Positions 56,309 through 64,000 of a DNA stretch of 64,000 nucleotides are shown in pieces; the stretch's first letter is position 1; every line of letters starts with the position of its first letter. Source of the stretch: Parcubacteria group bacterium. Lineage in GTDB: Bacteria > Patescibacteriota > Minisyncoccia > Phycocordibacterales > CSBR16-119. The DNA lies in assembly GCA_943356745.1 (NCBI GenBank), contig CALRFT010000001.1:139984-203983 (forward strand). The letters run 5' to 3'. The notes beneath the pieces were generated by a model. That model was not told the origin of the DNA. It did no database searches and saw only the letters and a list, made by a program, of their open reading frames with translations. Both the position numbers and the translations under genes were made by a program.

Positions 56309-56523
56309 TAAAAAGAATACCTATTTCATATTATCTCCTTAGCTTTGTTTCGCTTCAACCTTGTTTACTAGAGGCTACAAGTACTCTTGTATAGTAGCTT
56401 TGTAAAAGGATTTTTGTTTTATCTTTCCAGTAAAACATTGGGATTGGTTTTCCTCCAATCAAGGCATACTCATCGAGATGAGTAACCGACGCTTTGTCTT
56501 TAACAAAAAAGACAATTTTCAAA

Positions 56524-58050
56524 TTGAATTATTCCACGAGCAGCTTCCGCTACCCGTGCCTTGTTACGACTTAGTCCCTGTCACCGAATTTACCTTAGGC
56601 CCTCCGTGAGGAGAGACTTTGGGTACCCCCGGCTCCCTTGACTTGACGGGCGGTGAGTACAAGACTCGAGAACGTATTCACCGCAGTATAGCTGACCTGC
56701 GATTACTAGCAATTCCAACTTCATATGGTCGAGTTTCAGACCACAATCCGAACTAAGAATGGTTTTTAAGGATTGGCTCAGTCTTACGACGTCGCGACCC
56801 GTTGTACCATCCATTGTATCATGCGTGTAGCCCAAGGCGTCTAGGGTCATGCTGACCTGGCGTCATCCTCTCCTTCCTCCCAGCCCACAATCCACGAATG
56901 ATGATTCATTCCTGAACTTTGGGCCGGGCAGTCTCGCGTGACACTTGTAACACGCTGATGAGGGTTGCGTTCGTTAGCCCACTTAAGGGTACAACTCAAG
57001 CCACGAACTGACGACGGCCATGCAACACCTGTCTAGCCGTCCCGAAGGAAAATTCTGGTTTCCCAAAATCGTCGTCTAGATGTCTAACCTTGGTGAGGTT
57101 TTTCGTTTATCATCGAATTAAACCGCATGATCCACTGCTTGTGCGAGTCCCCGTCTATTCCTTTGAGTTTTAGTCTTGCGACCGTACTTCCCAGGCGGCA
57201 GATTTAACGCGTTAGCTACGCCTCTCGAAGGGTCGATACTCCGAAAAGCTAATCTGCATCGTTTAGGCCGTGGACTACTGGGGTATCTAATCCCATTCGC
57301 TACCCACGGTTTCGTGCCTCAGTGTCAGAAATGTGCCAGTGTACTGCCTTCGCTTTTGGTGTTCCCAACGATATCAACGGATTTCACCCCTACACCGTTA
57401 GTTCCGTACACCTCTCACATTCTCTAGTCATACCGTTTCGAATGCATTCCTCGGGTTAAGCCCGAGTCTTTAACATTCGACTAATATAACCACCTACGCA
57501 CCCTTTACGCCCAATAATTCCGGATAACGCTTGAGGCTCTCGTATTACCGCTCCTGCTGGCACGAGATTAGGAGCCCCTTATTCATAAGGTAACGTCAAA
57601 AATTTCCTCCCTTATAAAAGATTTTTACACTCCGAAGAGCGTCATCAATCACGCGGCGTCGCTCCGTCACACTTTCGTGCATTGCGGAAGATTCTCGACT
57701 GCAGCCTCCCGTAGGAGTTTGGACCGTGTCGCAGTTCCAATGGTGGGGGTCAGGCTCTCACCTCCCCTAGGCGTCATAGCCTTGGTAAGCCATTACCTTA
57801 CCAACTAGCTGATACCACACAGGCCGATCTAGAAGCGATAAATCTTTACCCCGGAGGGACTATCAAGTATTAATCCACCTTTCGGTGGGCTATTCCTGAC
57901 TTCTAGGTACGTTCCTATGCATTACTACCCCGTTCGCCACTAACCAGCGTGAAAACTTTGTCCGAAGACTCCATTTCCACAAGGTTCGTTCGACTTGCAT
58001 GCCTTATCCACGCCGCCAGCGTTCATCCTGAGCTAGGATCAAACTCTAAC
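56524..58050 (-). rRNA. rrs: 16S ribosomal RNA (about 1.53 kb), not followed by 23S/5S in this window
   Basis: Reverse complement begins AGAGTTTGATCCTAGCTCAG and contains ACTCCTACGGGAGGCTGCAG, GTGCCAGCAGGAGCGGTAATAC, GGATTAGATACCCCAGTAGTCC and TTGTACTCACCGCCCGTCA. It ends with helix 45 (GGAA loop) followed by AATAATTCAA. Confidence 0.9.
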
Positions 58051-58297
58051 AATAAACTTAATAATCGAAATTATTAATTTGAAACGAAACAAAGCAAAAA
58101 AGATAATTTGTTGCTTTGTTTAATAAAAGGGTTATTCACACGATTCACCATGTATATTTCCATATACTTGTTTTTTATCGTTTGCATAACAATATCTTCA
58201 TATCCTAATTAATATATGAAGAATAGGTATTCTTTTTTCAAGGTAGTTTCCCTCAAATTTCTTTAAAGAAAAACGCCTTCTTTAAGACGCAAATACA

Positions 58298-58325
58298 AGT
58301 ATATTCATAGCGAAATAAATGTCAA
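58298..58325 (-). promoter_or_regulatory. Candidate 16S rRNA promoter (TTGACA-N16-TATACT)
   Basis: Minus strand: -35 at 58325..58320 and -10 at 58303..58298, about 250 nt upstream of the 16S 5' end. Confidence 0.3.
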
Positions 58326-58545
58326 GCTTTTTGTAAGTTCTTTTTACACAAAATCAAAGATGTTTGACACACAAAGAATATATGTTATATTCCCAATCAG
58401 ACCAGTGAACAAAAAGACTATGAAAAACAACATTTTTTACGGATTTTTAGGGTTTATTTTTATGTTTTTTCTTATGGCAATCTTATACGTAATGAGACCT
58501 GAAAAAATTAAAACTAAAAAACGACACTTAGTAAGTGTCGTTTTT

Positions 58546-59067
58546 TTATTGGTTATTAAGCCAATCAATCATTTTCTGGTATGTTGCGGGACCAGCTTGC
58601 CCATCAGCAGTGAGACCTTGTGCTTTTTGGAAAGCCGCAACTTTTGTTTTTGTTCCTGCTCCGTAGTCGTTATCTAGTCCGCCCGAAGTTTTGTTGTATA
58701 CGTTCAGGAATTCTTGTACTGTTCCCACTCGAGTTCCTCGACTTCCCTCTTTCATAAGAATATTGTCAGTAATTAGTTTTTGAAGTCGTGCAATAAGATC
58801 TGAATATTCTCCAGAGGCCGTAGAAGGAGTGGTGTTTGTTGGTGTTGGAGTAGTTGTTTCTGTTTGTGTTTCATTTTGTTCAACTTGCTCGGTTTGTGAA
58901 TTTCCAGAATCAACAACGCCACTTACTGGAGTCTGAGCAACAACTTGAATTTCTTCTGTTTCAGCGATTCGGACCGGTTCATTTAATGATGTTGCAGCCC
59001 AATATCCTCCAAAACCAAGAACTCCAACAAAACCAAGTATGAGTAGATATGCTTTAAATGTTTCCAT
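58546..59067 (-). CDS. Secreted protein with C-terminal peptidoglycan-binding (PG_binding_1-like) domain
   Basis: Signal peptide/TM. T/P-rich linker. C-terminal GLDNDYGAGTKTKVAAFQKAQGLTADGQAGPATYQKM repeats. Confidence 0.5.
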   Translation of the reverse strand: METFKAYLLILGFVGVLGFGGYWAATSLNEPVRIAETEEIQVVAQTPVSGVVDSGNSQTEQVEQNETQTETTTPTPTNTTPSTASGEYSDLIARLQKLITDNILMKEGSRGTRVGTVQEFLNVYNKTSGGLDNDYGAGTKTKVAAFQKAQGLTADGQAGPATYQKMIDWLNNQ

Positions 59068-59176
59068 ATATATGAATAATACTACAAAATAAAATCAAAA
59101 CAAATTCACAACCCCTTTAAAGAGTGTTAATTCCGGGGTATTGCAAAAAAAGCCGTTTTCTGTAATAATCATGGAC

Positions 59177-59404
59177 ATGAATAGTATTCTACTCTGGATT
59201 CAAATAATTCTAGCAATCATCATTATCCTAGGAATCTTAGCTCAGAAATCAAACTCAGGGCTCGGAGGTGCCTTTGGTACTGGTAACGACGGATCTACCA
59301 CATATCACACAAAACGAGGTTTTGAAAAATTCCTTTTCTATACAACAATCGTTTCGTCTCTAGCATTCGTGGCACTTACGCTCGTACAGGTGATTGCGCT
59401 TTAA
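59177..59404 (+). CDS. secG: Preprotein translocase subunit SecG
   Basis: Two TM helices flanking the Gly-rich loop (LAQKSNSGLGGAFGTGNDG). 75 aa. Confidence 0.7.
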   Translation: MNSILLWIQIILAIIIILGILAQKSNSGLGGAFGTGNDGSTTYHTKRGFEKFLFYTTIVSSLAFVALTLVQVIAL

Positions 59405-59465
59405 TAGCTCACGTTTTTTAACGTGGGTTTCAATCTTGTTATAAGATTACAAGCCGATTACGCAC

Positions 59466-61181
59466 ATGAACATAAAAAATATATTTTCAAGAAGCTCAAT
59501 TCCTTCTATCAAGGAATGTATTAACGCTGTTAAAAGTTTCCCGAAACAAAGGAAAATTATTTTCCTTTGTGTTTTATGTTTACTTTTTGTAAGTGGTATC
59601 TCATTATTTGCCCAAGTAGCTATTCAACCTTTTCAAGAAGAAATAGCAGTGTTTGGTGGAATACACCAAGAAGGAGTTATTGGAACACCGCGATTTGTAA
59701 ATCCAGTACTTTCTTTTACTCAAACAGACAAAGATTTAGAGAGTCTTGTTTTTGCTGGACTTACTAAAAAAAATATCGACGGATCAATCACACTTGATAT
59801 TGCAGAAGATTTCTCTGTGTCTTCAAATAATCTTGTCTATACATTCACAATTCGTGACGACGCGCGTTTCCAAGATGGAACACCAATCACAGCGTCTGAT
59901 GTTGTATTCACAATTCAAACAATTCAAAATCCTGAAATAAAAAGCCCAAAACAAGTTTTCTGGGAAGGAGTACAGGTTCAAGAAATTGATTCTCAAACAG
60001 TTCGATTCACACTCAAGCAACCTTTCATTAGTTTCCTAGAAAATACAAGTATCGGTATTCTTCCATTACACATTTGGAAAGATGTAAGTTCTGAAGAGTT
60101 TCCCTTTTCAAAATTCAATACAGAACCTATTGGTTCAGGAAAATATGAAATTGTCTCAGTGAAAAAAAATAAAGATAGTATTGAAATGTACATACTTGAA
60201 AGTTCAAAGTATTACAATGGTGAAAAACCATTCATCAAAAACATTGAATTTTACTTCTTTGACGATAAACAAAAAGTAATTCGAGCATTGAGACGAGGAA
60301 GTATTGATGCACTTTCTGGAATTAGTCCACAATCTGTAGATGAACTTCCCAAGAAAACAACAATCTATACAGCAACGCTACACAGAATGTTTGGACTATT
60401 TTATAACCAGAAAGAAAGTTCACCTGTGCAAGAAAAAGCAGTCAGACAAGCAATCGATATCGGAATCAATAGGAAGTACATTATCGATGATGCGCTTCAA
60501 GGTTTTGGAGAACCAATCAAAAGTCCAGTGCCGACAACAATTCAAACCAACAATGAATATAAAAATATTATTGAAAGTGATTTGCAAGAAGCCTCAAGAC
60601 TTTTAACTAATGCTGGTTGGATTCCTGGAGAAAATGGTATTCGTTTCAAGAATAGCAAACCTCTTCAGATTACAGTCACAACAGCGTCTATTCCAGAACT
60701 TGAAATCGCAGCATATAATATTCAAGAACAATTACAACAACTTGGTATTGAAGTATTGATAGAAACACTTTCTATCAATGACCTCAACCAAAATGTTATT
60801 CGATCTCGAAATTTTGAAGTGCTTTTATTTGGTAACATGCTCAACCAAGAAACCGACATCTTTGCATTCTGGCACTCATCACAAACAAGTGATCCTGGTC
60901 TCAATATTGCTTCATACAAAAATGAAACTGTTGACAACCTTCTTGAGCAAATAATTCAAACATTTGATACAAATCAAAGGATACAAATGTATTCACGGTT
61001 TGAAACTGAATTCTTTAAAGATATACCAGCAACATTTATATATAGCCCAGAACTCATTTATGCGGTTCGTGGCAATGTTCAAGATGTTGTGTTATCTCCT
61101 ATTACAAACTCATCAGAGCGATTACTCAATATTGAGAATTGGTACACGGAAACAAACTTTGTATTCCCTACCAAAGACTAA
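59466..61181 (+). CDS. ABC transporter substrate-binding protein, family 5 (peptide/nickel type)
   Basis: N-terminal TM/signal. SBP_bac_5-like core (FTIRDDARFQDGTPITASDVVFTI...). Confidence 0.6.
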   Translation: MNIKNIFSRSSIPSIKECINAVKSFPKQRKIIFLCVLCLLFVSGISLFAQVAIQPFQEEIAVFGGIHQEGVIGTPRFVNPVLSFTQTDKDLESLVFAGLTKKNIDGSITLDIAEDFSVSSNNLVYTFTIRDDARFQDGTPITASDVVFTIQTIQNPEIKSPKQVFWEGVQVQEIDSQTVRFTLKQPFISFLENTSIGILPLHIWKDVSSEEFPFSKFNTEPIGSGKYEIVSVKKNKDSIEMYILESSKYYNGEKPFIKNIEFYFFDDKQKVIRALRRGSIDALSGISPQSVDELPKKTTIYTATLHRMFGLFYNQKESSPVQEKAVRQAIDIGINRKYIIDDALQGFGEPIKSPVPTTIQTNNEYKNIIESDLQEASRLLTNAGWIPGENGIRFKNSKPLQITVTTASIPELEIAAYNIQEQLQQLGIEVLIETLSINDLNQNVIRSRNFEVLLFGNMLNQETDIFAFWHSSQTSDPGLNIASYKNETVDNLLEQIIQTFDTNQRIQMYSRFETEFFKDIPATFIYSPELIYAVRGNVQDVVLSPITNSSERLLNIENWYTETNFVFPTKD

Positions 61182-61196
61182 GACGCTCACAAAATT

Positions 61197-63125
61197 ATGG
61201 AACAAAAAACTAACAATCCTCAAAATAATCGAAGAGTTGGACATGGTGGACGAGGACACCATATGAGAAACAATAATCCTCACAAGAAACCACACTCTTC
61301 AAACAACCAACAACAAAAAGGTTCGCAAGGACCAAAGAAACACTTCAAGCCTTCAGGAGGACGAATGAATAAAAATCGTCCAATGAAACCGATGAAGAAA
61401 AAAGTGATTCTCACAAAAAACCAAAACGCGAAACCAAACAAATATCCAAAACTTGAAAAAGATGTAATTCGAATCATTCCACTCGGAGGAGTAGAACAAA
61501 TCGGAGTAAACATGACAGCAATCGAAATGAACGATCAAATCATCGTTATCGATGCAGGTATTGGATTTTCAAATCAGGATACGCCAGGAATCGACTACAT
61601 GATTCCAAACACAACTTACCTTGAAGACAACAAAGATAAGGTGCGAGCACTCGTGATTACACACGGTCACTTGGACCATATCGGAGCGATTCCCTATCTT
61701 TACAACCAAATTGGAAAACCACCAATCTACACACTTGAATTCGGAGCACTTCTTATTAAAAGTAAATGTTCAGAATTCCCTGGTGTTGATCCAAAAATTG
61801 TAACTGTCGGACAAGATAGAGAAGATGTATTAATCTCTGACGATTTCAAAGTAAAATTCTTTGGACTTACTCACTCAATTCCAGATTCAACGGGAGTTAT
61901 TATCAAAACAAAATTTGGTGGAATCGTTTCAACTGGAGATGTTCGAGTAGATAACGACAACGGAGTTCCTCTTCCAAAAGAAATTGAGCAGTACAAACTT
62001 TTCAAAAACGAAAAAGTACTTCTCATGACGATGGACTCAACAGGGATTCCTCACCCGGGCTGGTCAGCATCTGAACGAGAAGTAATTGAAACAATTGACG
62101 GAATGATTAAAAGCGCTCCAGGACGAATTATTATTGCTTCTTTCGCATCTCAAGTAGAACGACTCATTGCATTCATTGAATCAGCAAAGAAGTATGGAAA
62201 ATATGTTGTCATCGAAGGACGTTCAATGAACACAAACCTTGGAATTGCAAAAGAATTGAAACTCGCTGACTTTTCACATGTGATCTCAGCAGATGATATG
62301 AAAAACTATCCTCCACACAAAATTGTGATGGTGGTAACAGGTTCTCAAGGTGAAGAGTTTGCTGCGCTTATGCGTATCTCAAACAAAACTCACCGAACAA
62401 TCACTCTTGAGCCGTCAGATACCATTGTTCTCTCTTCTTCTGTTGTACCAGGAAATGACTTTGCTGTTACAAAGTTGAAAGATAATCTGTATCGAACAGA
62501 CGCAAGAATCGTAACCTATATGGACAACGTAGTTCACGCATCAGGACATGGAAAACGAGGAGAACTTACTTGGATTCACAATCAGATCAAGTACAAATTC
62601 TTCATGCCGATTCACGGAAACCACTACATGCTTAAAATGCATGCAGAACTTGCTGAACAGCTTGGATGTCCAAAAGAAAATGTAATTGTGCCAGATAATG
62701 GTTCAATTATTGAAATTCGAGACGAAGGAGAAAATATCATCAAACTAGAACAAAAGGTTCCTGGCGATCCAAGAATTGTTGACGGATTCTCAGTTTCAGA
62801 AGAACAACATTTAGTAATCCGAGATCGAAAGATTTTGGCAGAAGATGGAATCTTTGTAATCATCGTAATGCTCGATCGAAAAACAAAAAAACTCAAAAAG
62901 TCCCCTGATCTTATTTCTCGAGGATTTGTTGTGTTAAAAAATAACAAAGATCTTCTTACAGACGCACGTAATCTCATCAAGAAAACTGTTGAGGATACAG
63001 CACAAAATATGAATCCAATTGATTTTGATTACATTAAAGATGTAACAGCACAAAAACTTACAAAGTTTTTGATGCAGGCTTCAGGAAAACGACCAGAAGT
63101 TATCCCAGTAATTTTGAGTTCGTAA
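61197..63125 (+). CDS. rnj: Ribonuclease J (metallo-beta-lactamase / beta-CASP) with an N-terminal basic low-complexity extension
   Basis: HxHxDH (ALVITHGHLDHIGAIPYL). Beta-CASP motifs. The C-terminal domain is present. The first ~85 aa are N/K/R/H-rich. Confidence 0.85.
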   Translation: MEQKTNNPQNNRRVGHGGRGHHMRNNNPHKKPHSSNNQQQKGSQGPKKHFKPSGGRMNKNRPMKPMKKKVILTKNQNAKPNKYPKLEKDVIRIIPLGGVEQIGVNMTAIEMNDQIIVIDAGIGFSNQDTPGIDYMIPNTTYLEDNKDKVRALVITHGHLDHIGAIPYLYNQIGKPPIYTLEFGALLIKSKCSEFPGVDPKIVTVGQDREDVLISDDFKVKFFGLTHSIPDSTGVIIKTKFGGIVSTGDVRVDNDNGVPLPKEIEQYKLFKNEKVLLMTMDSTGIPHPGWSASEREVIETIDGMIKSAPGRIIIASFASQVERLIAFIESAKKYGKYVVIEGRSMNTNLGIAKELKLADFSHVISADDMKNYPPHKIVMVVTGSQGEEFAALMRISNKTHRTITLEPSDTIVLSSSVVPGNDFAVTKLKDNLYRTDARIVTYMDNVVHASGHGKRGELTWIHNQIKYKFFMPIHGNHYMLKMHAELAEQLGCPKENVIVPDNGSIIEIRDEGENIIKLEQKVPGDPRIVDGFSVSEEQHLVIRDRKILAEDGIFVIIVMLDRKTKKLKKSPDLISRGFVVLKNNKDLLTDARNLIKKTVEDTAQNMNPIDFDYIKDVTAQKLTKFLMQASGKRPEVIPVILSS

Positions 63126-63128
63126 CAA

Positions 63129-63155
63129 GAAAAAACCCGAAAGGGTTTTTTCTTT
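63129..63155 (+). terminator. Intrinsic terminator after rnj
   Basis: AAAAAACCCGAAAGGGTTTTTTCTTTT. Confidence 0.7.
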
Positions 63156-63170
63156 TGGTACAATATAGAT

Positions 63171-64000
63171 ATGTTATATAACGCACTCAAAAAATTAAAA
63201 GTAATCTATGAAGCAAATTTTATTCTTGTTATCGCAATAGCAGCAACAGCATACATTCATTCAAGTTATCTTCTTTCTCTTGGAACAAAAATTCCCGAGG
63301 GAATCTTGTTTGCTTTTGGTTCTCTTGGAGGACTTATCATGACCATCTTCTCACCGACAGTTTTTCACAAATTGGGAGTGGAAAAAGGAACAAGTATTGC
63401 TGGAATTATAAACGCTATCATGCTTGCAATTATGGGTCTTTCAATTCATCCCCTGCTTTCCATTATTGCTTTTGTTATTGCAGTAAGTACCACAGCACTT
63501 ATTGTTGTTGGTTTTGATATTATAATTGAGAGATTTAGTAAAGAAAAATATACCGGCGGTATTCGTGGAGTAAATCTCGCACTTGGAAATTTTGCCTTTC
63601 TCTTAGGACCAATAATTGCAGGACTCATCGCAGAAGAATTTGGTATTTCTGCAATATACTTTTTTGCCTCAATTACAATTCTTGTGATGGTGTTGTTTTT
63701 TCATGGAAGATTTCGAGACTTTAAACAAACAACTAGTCTGAAGCGTCGTGAAATTATTGAAAGTTTCAATACACTATGGCATGAAAAAAATCTTCGAAAT
63801 GCATACATCTCTGGATTTGTTGTAGAATTCTTTTTTGCTATTTGGGCAATATTCACAACAATTTATATGAATAGAATCATGGGATTCAACTGGGAACAAA
63901 TTGGAGTTTTGTTCGCAATCATGCATATTCCCTACATTATTCTTGAACCAATCATTGGAAAAATTGCAGATAAGGAAAACAATGAAAATCTCCTCATGGC
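63171..64000 (+). CDS. MFS-type transporter (5' part; runs off window end)
   Basis: Open frame from ATG 63171 to the window end with successive hydrophobic helices (GSLGGLIMTIF; IAFVIAVSTTALIVVGF; GNFAFLLGPIIAGLIAEEFG). Confidence 0.5.
   Translation, partial: MLYNALKKLKVIYEANFILVIAIAATAYIHSSYLLSLGTKIPEGILFAFGSLGGLIMTIFSPTVFHKLGVEKGTSIAGIINAIMLAIMGLSIHPLLSIIAFVIAVSTTALIVVGFDIIIERFSKEKYTGGIRGVNLALGNFAFLLGPIIAGLIAEEFGISAIYFFASITILVMVLFFHGRFRDFKQTTSLKRREIIESFNTLWHEKNLRNAYISGFVVEFFFAIWAIFTTIYMNRIMGFNWEQIGVLFAIMHIPYIILEPIIGKIADKENNENLLM

Noticed and set aside
58360-58677. 105-aa plus-strand ORF upstream of the PG-binding protein gene
   Set aside because: It reads through the GACACTTAGTAAGTGTC terminator hairpin (58515..58550) and overlaps the better-supported minus-strand gene 58546..59067. 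It is likely spurious.

Overview
This 64 kb window is AT-rich (about one-third GC) bacterial chromosome. It uses the standard genetic code, since the long uninterrupted dnaE and secA frames contain no in-frame TGA. Gene density is high and many adjacent genes overlap by ATGA/TAATG junctions. Most content is housekeeping: 30S ribosomal protein S1, pth, lepB, def-fmt, hisS, ppa, truB, rnhB, dnaE, secA, secG and rnj. There is a 16S rRNA gene on the minus strand with no 23S, 5S or tRNA within several kb. There is also a compact RNase P RNA and a tRNA-Asn(GTT) next to a 22-nt 5'-half duplicate. The 16S is highly divergent at universal primer sites and its 3' tail has no CCUCC anti-Shine-Dalgarno. 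Coding genes correspondingly lack SD motifs. Together this points to a deeply divergent, probably small-genome (CPR/Patescibacteria-like) lineage. One surface protein, however, carries an FCB-type T9SS-like C-terminal sorting domain next to a PorP/SprF-like outer-membrane protein, so phylum placement is unresolved. Accessory content includes a two-gene restriction-modification system: a 671-aa methyltransferase with an N-terminal PD-(D/E)xK-like domain plus a half-size specificity subunit with a perfect 24-bp tandem repeat (BcgI-like Type IIB architecture). There is also a TraD/VirD4-like ATPase whose membrane anchor is a separate overlapping gene, an ECF sigma/anti-sigma pair, and a Zur-ZIP zinc module with a 25-bp perfect palindromic operator. 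The most striking region is a light-related island: a crtE-crtB-crtI carotenoid operon plus a UbiA-family prenyltransferase, and a photolyase-related / flavin-reductase-like / DUF2256 operon. These converge on a very compact (193 aa) seven-helix protein with strong bacteriorhodopsin-like helix F/G signatures, including a Lys at the Schiff-base position. Several small genes missing from the ORF track are noted: the DUF2256 zinc ribbon, an AKK-repeat histone-like peptide, and a 48-aa peptide after rnpB.
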